Of a stretch of 64,000 bases of DNA, positions 28,560 through 39,306 are shown piece by piece. This DNA comes from Escherichia phage CMSTMSU, in sequence record MH494197.1. One strand, written 5' to 3'. Positions within the stretch are counted from its first letter, which is position 1. Each line of letters starts with the position of its first letter. The notes under the pieces are model-generated. The model saw nothing but the letters and a program-made list of their open reading frames with translations, did no database searches and was not told the DNA's origin. Position numbers and translations under genes: made by a program.

Positions 28560-29732
28560 TTACATGAAAGTAACGTTTTTGATAGCGATTTTGCTGTAGT
28601 AGTCAGCAGCGTTACCAAGAGATGAAGTACTATCAGTCAATTGTACATAACCATAACGAGTGAGGAAGGTTGTGACCAATTCACCAGTGTTAGGGTCCAT
28701 TACAGTACCGGAAGCCATTAGTGGGATGTATGGGCAATAGAACACACCAGCATCAGTTTCAGCGTTACCTTTGTAACCAATTAGGATATCTTCAACATCA
28801 CTTGCATAGGTATCAACGAAGATACGCATGGTGCTGTTTAGAGTACCAACAAATTTAACGTTAGTTGGAGCTTCGAAAGTACCTTCAGTAGTACGTGCAA
28901 AACTAGAAGTAGTTGCAGACTGTAGAATGGTTAGAGCGGTTGGAGAAACAACAGCCCAGTTCGCAGCACCACGTTTGGTACGACGAGCAACTTCGTTCGC
29001 TTGACGGTTGATTAGGGTAGCTAGAGCAGCGTGCTCGTCACCAACGAAGGTCGCAACACCAGTAACTTTAGATTGGTCATAAGTTACAGCAGCAGCACCG
29101 TAGTGCACGTAGACGGCTTAGTAGCTCTTGGTCGATTTCAACGGTAACTTCTTGAGCGATTGCAGCCATTAGTTCAGCTTCAACGTCGATACCATGTTGG
29201 GATTGTGCATCTTGTGCAGATTCAACAGTCCAACGTGCAGATAGACGACGAGATTTCGCTTCAACAGTTTCACGTAGAATACGGATGTTAACGCGACGAC
29301 CCATAGTACCTTCTAGTTGGCTAGTAGGAGCAGCTTGTGGGTTGCTGTTGTCTGCGTTTAGGTCACCAGTATAAGACTTAGCGATTTTGTATGGAGAAAG
29401 CATTTCTTCACCAGCGATAACACCGGAGCGTTGTCAGCATATTGAACACGTAGGGTGTGGATCTGACCAACTGGGCCAGTCATTGGCTGAACACCGATGA
29501 TTTCGTTAGCGATTACGGTTGGCATAACACGACGCATAATTGGTAGAATCACTTTGTTTAGAGTAGCGATGTTACCAGCAGTGGTTGCACCAGAAGTAGC
29601 AGATTCGTTTAGCATTAGTTTACGATGGTTATCAAGTACGGTTTCCATTACGGACTTACGAGTACCTTGTAGACCTTCAACTAGTTTCTCTTTAACTGCT
29701 ACCCATTTGGATTCATTTAGTAGTTGTGACAT
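28560..29732 (-). CDS. Major capsid protein, gp23-like (three frame segments)
   Basis: ...IIGVQPMTGPVGQ..., ...RILRETVEAKSRRL..., ...YKGNAETDAGVFYCPYIPL... track T4 gp23. Confidence 0.9.
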
Positions 29733-29776
29733 TATTATCTCCTTAAAGATGTTATATTCGTTTTTCAGTATGATAT

Positions 29777-29784
29777 TATTTATA
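29777..29784 (-). promoter_or_regulatory. Late promoter TATAAATA for the capsid gene
   Basis: Minus-sense TTCTATAAATAATATCATACT. Confidence 0.6.
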
Positions 29785-29803
29785 GAACTGAAAAATTTGA
29801 TTA

Positions 29804-30931
29804 TTAAAATGCTTTAAAATGTTTATTTTTATTGATACCAGAAAGAACATCGAGTTCTTTTAGGAATGCCATATCGTCAGCGGTCATTTCTTCGCTTTCA
29901 ACAATAGCCTGACGGTTGCCAGTGATTACTTTACCTTCTGCAAGAGTTCTCTTAGCGGAAGACTGAACTGCTTGACGAGTGGTAGCAGATTCATTTACTT
30001 TAGTACCGTTAAGTACTGACTTATGGTACTTGCTGAAATCGTCTTTAAGCTTTTCTGTAGGAGAAGTAGCTAGAAGGGATTCCATAATTTGTTTCTGTTG
30101 TGTAGTTAGTGGCTTAACTAGTTCAGACATAATCGCATTACGAGCTTGTGAATCTTCCATAATACGTAGTTTGGTTTTAGCAGCTTTAACTTCACTTACA
30201 GTTTCATTTAGTTCTTTCTTAACTTGAGCAATTTCGTCTTCTTTAGACTTGATTGATTCAGTTAGGGAACGTAGTAGTGAATTCTCATTAAATTGTTTGA
30301 CATTAAACTCTTGAGCAAATGCTTCAAAGATTTTACGACCAAACATATTTTGTTTTGCTTCAACAAGATCTTCTTTCAAAGCGTATAGGTTTTTCTGAGT
30401 AGTTTCTGCAATATATTTAGCAGCACTTTCAGATGTACGTTTGATGAAGTTGTTACGTGCTTCAGCAATTTGACGGAGCCTTCAGCTAGTTTAACGCGAG
30501 TTTCAACTAGTTGACGTTTCTCGATGTGGAATTCTTTTAGCTCTTCTGCTAGGATACCGTTAGAGAAATTAACGAATTTATCCATGCATTCTTGAAGATG
30601 CTTACGTTCTTTACGCATTTGTTTAACTTCTTCAGCCAAAACAGAGTTAGAAAACGCAGAGAAATTACTTAGGGTTTTGCGGAGAGTTACACGATCTTCT
30701 ACAAGACGTTTTTCTCTTCATATACTGCACCCATTTCTTCAGCGATAACTTGAGTAACCATAGTATTTAGACCTTCGGTTAGCTCAGACAAATCTTGTTT
30801 GTAGCGGCCTTTCATTTCTTCACGCATTTCTGCGGCAAGTGTGTTTTTTCTTCATTCCATGCTTCCTGAATTAGCTGTTTTGCCTCATCAGAAAGAGATG
30901 ATTCTTTTAGAAGCTTTTCTAATTTAGACAT
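29804..30931 (-). CDS. Prohead scaffolding protein, gp22-like (frame-disrupted)
   Basis: Coiled-coil K/E-rich ~375 aa between protease and capsid genes. Confidence 0.5.
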
Positions 30932-31105
30932 TCGTTCTCTCCTTTAAGTACTGAAATATCTGTACTTCAACATACAAATATTTATATTTTTAAAATGTTA
31001 ACCTTTTAATTTCTTGAAAAAATCGTAAATTTCAGAATCTACATTATTTACTGTTTTAGATTCTGTGATTTTTTAGGACTATTACAAGGTGATCCGTACT
31101 ACTCA

Positions 31106-31615
31106 TCAGAGATTCAAAACCGCAGTAGGGTATGCCTCTGGAGCACTAGGTTGAGCAACAATATCAATTGTGATAATTTCAAAATCAGAAACTATTCCAT
31201 TGTAATCCACGTTACCGGAACCACGAGAACTTACACCAAGTTTCACACCAGCTTCTAGCATTTTACGAATATTAGTACCATGAGCAGTATCAAGTAGTTT
31301 GATTTCTGCCATGCCGTTAGCACCTTCCATCCAGACCTTAGTAATCATTGCTGCTACACGGTCAAGGTTAATTGTTAGTGTTTCAGGGTGGTCACATTCA
31401 ACTAGAATACTTTCACCTTTAGCCAAACGTTGAGCCATATTATTAACAGCTTTAGTAATTTCGGCTAAAGGGTAAATTCTCTCATTTAAATTTCTTTGAT
31501 CGGCTTGAATAGCAATACCACGAAGATAGCAATCACGCCCACCAAGTCCATTATCACGATGTTCCAAAACAACTTTAGAATCATTGAATGAAGACCATTC
31601 ACGAATCATACTCAT
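31106..31615 (-). CDS. Prohead protease, gp21-like
   Basis: ...ECDHPETL...LLDTAHG...LGVSSRGSGNVDYNG...IVAQPSAPEA parallels T4 gp21. Confidence 0.85.
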   Translation of the reverse strand: MSMIREWSSFNDSKVVLEHRDNGLGGRDCYLRGIAIQADQRNLNERIYPLAEITKAVNNMAQRLAKGESILVECDHPETLTINLDRVAAMITKVWMEGANGMAEIKLLDTAHGTNIRKMLEAGVKLGVSSRGSGNVDYNGIVSDFEIITIDIVAQPSAPEAYPTAVLNL

Positions 31616-31636
31616 AATGATCTCCTTTCCTTTTCT

Positions 31637-32478
31637 TTATTTAGTGTTAGATTTTTGGTTGTGATTTTGGTAGTGGAGAACGAGATTTAGAAGCGGTATT
31701 TTTGGCTTCGCAACATCTTTCATTTCGCCACGAGCATTTTTACCTAGGTCTTCATCAGTGTGGGACATAGCATCTTCGTTTTCAAAATCATAATCTACTT
31801 GTTTTTCGGAAGCTTTAGCGAATTTCACTGGAGCAACACCTTGAACTGGAGATTTAGCTTCTGGAGCAACTGGGGACTTGGTATTAACGCCAGCTTTTTC
31901 TTTCTTATCAACCGCAGCAACTTGCTTAAGTTTGAAAGACTCACCAACTTTCTCATCACCGAATTGTACATCAGCAAATTCGTCTTCAGATTCTTCACCA
32001 TCAGCACCGAATTCTTCTTCCGCACCAACTTCAACTTCTTCGTCGTCAGAACCTAGGTCAACTTCATCACCACCGATTTCGTCAAACATTTGTTGTAGGC
32101 CACGGAAAGCATCTTGAATAGATTCCCATTGGTCTTCGGAAGGAACTTCTGCACCAACTTCTGCTTCAGCGTCAACTTCTTCGCCATCAGCATCAGCAGA
32201 GAATTCAACTTCTTCTTCTGCACTTTCATCTTCTTCACCTAGGGTGTATTCGATTTCAGCATTTAGACCAGCGTCTGGTTGAACATCAAAGTCTTCGTCA
32301 AGTTTTTCTTCGTCTTTGACTTCAACTTCACATTCTTCTTCGTCCATGCTTTCTTCTAGTTCTTTATTGATTTCTTGAGCTTGCTCAACAAAGTACTTAC
32401 GCATTTTTTATCAGCAACATCTTGTTCGCCGTTTGCAAACGCTTCAATTGCTTCTTGTAGTAGTTTTAAATTCGCCAT
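31637..32478 (-). CDS. Highly acidic prohead core / internal scaffold protein
   Basis: Long E/D-rich tracts; between portal and protease; cTAAATAA upstream. Confidence 0.45.
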
Positions 32479-32595
32479 TATATCCTCCATAGATATATTA
32501 CATTCATATAAAGTATGATATTATTTAGTACTGAAAAATTTCGCCATTTTAAAAGCTTTAAAAGTGCGATTTTTGTTTACATTAATCCTGAACCA

Positions 32596-32802
32596 TCACC
32601 GGATGGTTGCTGCATAAACAACAGCGACAACATTTTTGCGTCGTTGTTCTTCATTAGCTTTAAATTCACGGTACTTTCTTAAATTATTAAGTACTTGTAA
32701 TGTTAGTTTTGGTTTTCTGGAATCAGTAATTTTATATACGTTCTGATCATCTTCAGGGTCGTATAAAGAATCACTGCTAGATTCAAAGATGTCCTTTAAC
32801 AT
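32596..32802 (-). CDS. Small protein in the prohead-core (gp67) position
   Basis: 68-aa ORF between portal and acidic core genes. Confidence 0.3.
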   Translation of the reverse strand: MLKDIFESSSDSLYDPEDDQNVYKITDSRKPKLTLQVLNNLRKYREFKANEEQRRKNVVAVVYAATIR

Positions 32803-32865
32803 TTCATCTCCTTTGAATATGCATTATAATGAGGGCAACTAATGTACCCTCATTCTTATACATTG

Positions 32866-34600
32866 TTATTTATGATTAAAAGAATCGCCTAAATTATTCG
32901 GGTTAAAACCTGCACTTCCTTGTTGTTCTTGGTATTCAGCATCGGCACTTTCTAAGTTACCGTCATCATCAATACCCAAATCCATACCGGGATCGTTAGG
33001 AGCATCTATACCAACAGATTGCAACCCAGCAGCATCTTCTTCACCACTTGACGGAGCGGAACCATCTTGTGGATTTTCTTGGAGCCACATTTGCTCATTC
33101 TTAACAATATCAGCTTTAGAAAGCCCATTTTTCAAGAATAGTTTGTTTTGCCATATATGGCAGATCGTTAAGTGGGAGATAGGTGTTAATTAGTTTAGCA
33201 TCTAGTTCCGCTTTACGATAAGCCAAGTTAATAGGTGGATTCATAATTACTTCAAAAGATGAAGTACTAATGTTATATCCATTTTAACCATAAAACGTTT
33301 AAATTCTGCATCAAATAGTTTTGCAACTAAACGTTGATAACGCATACATTGGTTATTAAAACGTAATTCACTTGCCATTGCTTGTGTTGCACCATCACCA
33401 AATAGTGATACACCACCATCATCTGGACCTTGCGGTAGATATGAAGCTGGGATTTGCAAACCACGAATCAATTTATTGTTGAAGTAACGCAAGTCATCAA
33501 TCTGACCTAAGTTATCACCACCGGAAGTGTTTGTACATCTGAACCACGACCTTCAGAAGTTTGTGGGAAGAAGTAATCTTCTAGAATACTTAATGGATTA
33601 TATGCTGCATCCATTAGAGAAGTACTGCCACCTTTATTTGAAGGAATACGTCTTTGGTGAATTTCATTTTTGAATCGTTCTACGTATGCCATTGCTTGGT
33701 GAGTTTGCATATCACCAACGTCAATTTTAAATACACGACGCTCTGGAGCACGTTGAACACGATAGATAATAATACTATCTTCAAGTAATTCTTTTGTTTA
33801 TAGACTTTGAAAACATCTTCAAGTATACTAGTACCAAAAGGCCAAACTCCATCTTGTCCTGTATTTAGGGTTAGATGAATTACATGTTCTGCACCAACTG
33901 GAATAACATCAAGACGACCGTTAGTACTGAATGGGTCAGCAGAGTTTCCTTGGTTAGTAAAGCCAGATGCACCACCTGCTGCCACTGAACCACCACCACC
34001 TAATGTGGTAGGGATTGCACCGGGTATGCAGTTTTATCAAATCCAACTTGTAAGTTACTAAACACTTTATCTTTAAGATTCAAAGATACGTCACGAATAT
34101 AATAAATTACAGGGTTTTTCCGGTTGCTTCGTTAACGAATACTTGTTCAACGTTTTTGGGCTTACCCAGTACCAGTCAAATGTTTCTGGGTCACGAATGA
34201 AGAATTGGTCACCATATTTTAATAGGCCACGTACAATTTCATACATTCTGGTTTTAAAATCATTTTGTTCAGTCCATGCATCCAAACGGTCTTCAATAGT
34301 AGTTACTTCTGTATCACCAATATCATCTTTATATTTGATTTTATATGGAAGACCAAAATCTTCAGTACTTTGTGTACAGAAGTCAGCAATGATATTAAGT
34401 GCTGTTCTAATTTCAGGATCTTGGTCCATCTGTTCATACTGACTATAACGTTCAGTACGGTTAGCTAAACCATTGTATACTACTGGAAGATAGGAAGCGA
34501 AATTTGTTTTCGTTCCTGTTGATTTGTTGCTATTACTGGACTGATTAGGGACGACCGATAACTTCGATCTCCCCATTGTCATATGTCGTTTCCAACTCAT
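32866..34600 (-). CDS. Portal protein, gp20-like (frame-disrupted)
   Basis: ...EDYFFPQTSEGRGSDVQTLP... and ...LRFNNQCMRYQRLV... parallel T4 gp20; acidic C-terminus. Confidence 0.75.
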
Positions 34601-34612
34601 TATTGTTCGTCC

Positions 34613-36790
34613 TTAACTGTTTCTCTCACCTTGGGTGTTTTCAGAGATAGTTCTTAGATAATTATTTGTCTGTTGTACAGCAGATAGTGATTGTTCATTA
34701 ACATCGGCAAGCTTTTTGAGTATTTCTTTCATTTCATCAGAAATCGGTGCTGGTGGTCCAGTTCTCGATGTCACTGCACTACCATTATTTATCATCTTCT
34801 TAATTGCCTCTGTATCGTCAGGTTTTGGTGGAACTGGTGGTTCACGGTGCCCATGCAGTTTTATCAAAATCTTTACGAGATACAGTTATTTCTGGAGCAA
34901 CGTTATTGGTTTTCAATAACAGGACGAATACGTTCTACTCGGACGGTTGAATAAACTGTCAGCATAATCAGATGGTAGTGGTTTTGGTTCTTTGTAGTTA
35001 CGTGAGGTGTTCCATTTGTTGAACTTATCCCACATCCCTGCAAAATAATCACTAACACTATTTACACCGTTGTCAATGATGTTGTTTACGCTTTCTGCTG
35101 GGGTTTCAGTACTGTTATTGAGTTTTATATCATTATCAGAACCACCACCGAACCAACTTTTAACAGAATTCCATAGGTTACCGGTAAATCCATTAAGTTA
35201 TTCATAAAGGTATCAAATGCTTCTGACACTTTAGAGTAACCTGAACCGAATATATCTGCACCCAATCCATCCAACCAAGCTGTAAATTCAGCACCAATAC
35301 GATCAAGGTAAGCAATTGCATCTTTAGCAATAGGTACTAACCCAAATCCATCAAGAGCCAATTCCCCAATAAACTCCCATGCACCATCAGTTCTGTCTGC
35401 AATGTCTGAAAGATAATCCACAATTGAATTTTGTGTATTAGCATACATTGTATTAAATGGTTCAGTGAATTCTTTACTAATCCACATATTGAAGCGGTTA
35501 GTAAATTGAGTTAATTTATCAGCGGGATTATTTTTAGGTTCATTTACGGTTGCTTCCATATCCAATAGTTGTTGGTAGAAGGTTGCAGCAGTTGTGTTTC
35601 CTAATTGAATCTGGTTAAGCAAATCTTGCTTAATTAATTCTTTATTCTTTTAACGAATTCTAATTGTTGGCGACGAATTTCTTGTGAATCAGTTACACCA
35701 CTACGTACAAGATTTTCACCTAAATCAGCGAACTGGTTCAGTACTGGAGTGAGTAGGTCATCCGGTACACCACCAATAGACAATCTGTGTGATATCAAAC
35801 GGAGGAAATCTGCACCTGCATCACCCATTGCACCCGCAGCTTCGTTGAACGCCTTAGATGTTGCTACAGCAGCTTTACTGGATAGTCCAGAGTAGTTCTG
35901 CAATGCAATTTGCATAGAACGCGTATCGAGTGATTTATCTAGGTTTTGTGTTTTGTTTAGTAATGCATCAACGGATTCACCCATGCTTTTACTGAATTTA
36001 GTCATGCTCATGATGAATTGTTCAGTACTTTTAGCTTGTCCATACTACGAAGAGCTTCACGACCACCATATTGTTTTGGAACTTAATGTTTCTTGCAGTT
36101 AAATCAGTTAATGTTTTTGAGAAATACCATAAAGGCCAAGTTCATTTTGAGCTTGTTGAACAGTTCCTAATAATTTACCAAAGGTAGCAACACCATCACC
36201 ATATGCCCCATCCAACTGAGCTACTACAGAACTATGTGTTTGTAGAGCTTCACTGAATCATCCATACTCAACATAGATGCACCTGCACCTTTCAGTACTG
36301 AACCATAACCTTCAGCCAATGCAACACCAGCACTGTTAATTCTGGTATATACTTCCAATTGTGCATTAAGTGCGTTATATACAGCAAGACCAGCACCAGT
36401 AACGAGTTTAAATGCTGCTGCCGCTGCACCAATTGGACGGCATCATTGCTAATGAACCAGCAAATGATGATGCACTAACGCCTAATGAGTTTACTACAGT
36501 ACTTACGTTCGTACTGGAGTTCATCATTGTTTTGCTTACATTGGAAACTTCAGAAGATAGTGATTTGAACAATTTACCAAATGCTTTCCCATCATCGGCT
36601 TGTGCACTTCCACGATTACTGGAAGAACTGGAACTGGAACCATTCTTTTTACCATTTGAACCTGATTTTTCTTATCATTCTTTATATTTTCAGCTAATAA
36701 CTCACGGATAGCAGTCAAACTATCATTGTTATCTTTAGTTTGATTAACCAACTGCTGTAGTAGGTAATCACTTGTATTGACAGCCATAAC
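34613..36790 (-). CDS. Large helical protein(s), ~725 aa total, frame-disrupted; possibly two genes
   Basis: Continuous coding across ORFs 34613-34867, 35125-35622, 35634-36011 and upstream frames; Ser/Ala/Gly-rich segments. Confidence 0.35.
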
Positions 36791-36930
36791 ATTCCCTTTT
36801 AATAGATGTATTATAGAAATATTTATGAATCTATAACGAATAAAAAGACCCATCTATAACATTTGTCCAATTTGTCCCATTTTTGGTAATAAATACTACA
36901 GAGACATTTATTACATGGAGATTTAATAAA

Positions 36931-38028
36931 ATGGCAATGAACCCACTAGCTAAGTATACTAAAATTGAAGAACTTGGTACAAAATTGGTCACAAATGGCG
37001 TGATTCCTTATAAAGAAGGAGTTCTTGGCTCTAAAGGTATCAAATGTGGCATTTGTGCTCGTAGTGCACGCGATGAAATGACACTCAATACACCAGATAT
37101 GCTTCTAAATGGTGATGCAATTGCTCGTGTTATTGAAAACTGCGTACCTAACGTACTTGATGCAGATGAACTTTATGTAAATGACGTAGAGCAACTACTT
37201 ATCGCTATTAAAGTAGCTTCTAAAGAAGAATCATATGATATTAATGTGACATGTCCTGAATGTAACAAAGAAGGCCGTTTTGAGCGTAGCTTATCATATC
37301 TACTAGAAACAGCACAAACTTTCAGTGAAGTTCCTACTGTACAATTGGATAATGGACTAAGTTTAGAGTTTAGACCACTTACTTGGAAGGAATATTCTAA
37401 CTTCGCAGAAAGAATGTTTACAGAACAACAAAAACTAAATTCCTTGAAACTGCCGAAATGGAGCAGGAAGAAAAAGTTAAAGTGTTTGGTGAAGTATTTG
37501 AAAGTATGGCACAACTCAACTTTGATATGATCGCAGGAGTTATTGCTAAAGTAATTACTCCTGAAGGTGATGAAGTAACTGAAAACGAATTCATTGCTGA
37601 ATGGCTAGGTCAGCAGTCCAAAGGAACACTTAAAATAATTCGTGAAAAAATGGATGAAGTACTTGAAATTGGTGTTTCCCATACTATGGAAGTTGAATGC
37701 AGTGACTGTAATCATCAATGGGAAATTAATGGACTGAAATATGACCCAAGTCATTTTTCGCATAATGCTTCTCCACTCATCTCCTGAAGAAATACAAGAA
37801 GTACTGAAGGAATTTGAGTTGAATAAGTCAGATATTAAAACTGCATTAATGGAGTGTTCTGTTTATATGGAAAGTGTTGATTACGGAACACTACTTAATA
37901 TGCCACTAATTGATAGAGACTTATTAGTTAAGTCTTTTAATAAGAAAATTAAAAACAAAACGAGAAGCACTAACTCACAAGGAGCCAGCACATTGTTGCT
38001 GGTTTTTGGTTTTAAACTACAGAATTGA
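36931..38028 (+). CDS. Late protein with three CxxC motifs (frame-disrupted)
   Basis: CGIC, CPEC, CSDC; late-promoter-like TAATAAATA at 36886-36894; SD GGAG. Confidence 0.4.
37984..38013 (+). terminator. Hairpin with T-run at the 3' end of the CxxC gene
   Basis: CCAGCA-cattgt-TGCTGG then TTTTTGGTTTT. Confidence 0.4.
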
Positions 38029-38029
38029 T

Positions 38030-38220
38030 TGAATTGAATTATGAAAGGAATTAATTATTTTATAGTGAACTCATCTAACTCATTTCATTCGTTAGCTGAA
38101 GAATATTCGTTACTACGTAACTCATATTCATTTCTTATAATTAATTATAAAGAACTTTAAAAGATTTAATACTTGACGGGATTTGTTGAAGACATTTTCA
38201 TCCCCACAGGGAATGAAGAC
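38030..38220. repeat. AT-rich intergenic stretch with short direct repeats
   Basis: AACTCAT x3, ATTCGTTA x2, GAATTGA x2, palindrome ATAATTAATTAT. Confidence 0.3.
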
Positions 38221-38675
38221 AATAAAAAGAGACAATTAAGTCTCTTAATTCTTGACGCTGATGGTTTCAGCATTTATTGTATTGCGAATTTCTTAAAATT
38301 CATTAAGAACGAAAGCGGGTTGCTCTGTTTCTCTCTATCGCAGTCATGTGCAACGGTCGTCAGTCTTAATCATCCTGACACTCACCTGAAAGTCTATACA
38401 ATCAAACTTCAGGCTGTTTATTAAATCACTTAATAAACTCCCTTAGCAAATCTGGTAAGGTGCGATCCTTATACATCTATCGAGGAACTCTCTGTATGCT
38501 TATCGGAGTTCTTTATTGAGCCGTGTCGCCGTGAGGGGTTCAAACTATGCCCACATCTAACGGGTTTCTTCTGCTCATCGCACTGTTGAACTGCTCATCT
38601 GCCATCTACATTTTCGATAGGATCAGGTTCTAATTTATATGCATTTCTGCATTCAACAGGATTGTCATCACTACA
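38221..38675 (-). ncRNA. Candidate noncoding transcript (~455 nt) bounded by early promoter and terminator
   Basis: Promoter TGAGAC-17-TGCTATAAT at 38681-38709; terminator AGAGAC-aattaa-GTCTCT with U-run at 38221-38246; longest minus-strand ATG ORF 35 aa; several local hairpins. Confidence 0.3.
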
Positions 38676-38680
38676 ATTAA

Positions 38681-38709
38681 CATTATAGCACCAAATTCAA
38701 AAGTGTCTC
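38681..38709 (-). promoter_or_regulatory. Early promoter (TGAGAC, 17 nt, TGcTATAAT) facing the ORF-less unit
   Basis: Same architecture as the primase promoter. Confidence 0.5.
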
Positions 38710-38802
38710 ACTATTATGATAAAAATTTATAAAAAGTACATAATTCTTGAACATTGAAGTAACGCATAAATATTTTGATAAGAATTAGTTTAGTGGGGAT
38801 TT

Positions 38803-39263
38803 ATGAAGAAAAGATTAAAAGATAGTAAAGAAGCTGCAAACTATCGAAATGAATTACTAAAGAAGCAAAAGGAATTGATCCTATAATTAAGGAACCAATA
38901 ACTAAGCCAGTACTTGATCACTATCACTTCGAGAATCAACACTGTCGTGAAGTTCTCCAGAACGAAGTGAACGCATGGGAAGGTAAAGTACAGAACAGCT
39001 TTAATCGCTATATGAAGCACTTAACCGATAAACCCTTATACGAGGTACTACGAAATCTTGCGGATTATCTGGAGCGTAATAACAGCATTCCTGAAGATGA
39101 GCAAGTTATACATCACACTGCACTAACAATCGATACGAATAAGTTTAAAAGGCTCCCAGCCGGACAACAGAATGCAATACTGGAAGAGTTAGGTGTTATC
39201 CACGTGCAAACAATGCTGCTCGTGTTAAGCAAGCCAGAAAGCTTATCAAGGAAGGTAAATTAA
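38803..39263 (+). CDS. Hypothetical protein (~150 aa, one frame break)
   Basis: SD and ATG at 38803; ORF 38967-39263. Confidence 0.4.
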
Positions 39264-39276
39264 ATATGGTAGATAT

Positions 39277-39305
39277 AAAAAGGGAGCTAAGGCTCCTTTC
39301 CTTTA
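39277..39305. terminator. Bidirectional terminator between convergent genes
   Basis: AGGGAGC-taag-GCTCCTT with A-run upstream and T-run downstream. Confidence 0.6.
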
Positions 39306-39306
39306 A

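Noticed and set aside
31760-32238. Four overlapping ORFs inside the acidic prohead-core gene (31760-32056+, 31878-32117+, 31825-32034-, 32053-32238-)
   Set aside because: Low-complexity artefacts of the GAA/GAT-rich sequence; the E/D-rich minus-strand frame 31637-32478 is the coherent one.
34613-36790. Tail sheath or tape-measure assignment for the large helical protein upstream of portal
   Set aside because: No resemblance to recalled T4 gp18; sequence is low-complexity and helical; function left open.
38221-38700. tRNA gene(s) in the ORF-less unit
   Set aside because: A T-loop-like GTTTGAACCCC is present, but I could not build a cloverleaf with acceptor and T stems around it; no tRNA was found elsewhere in the window by eye.
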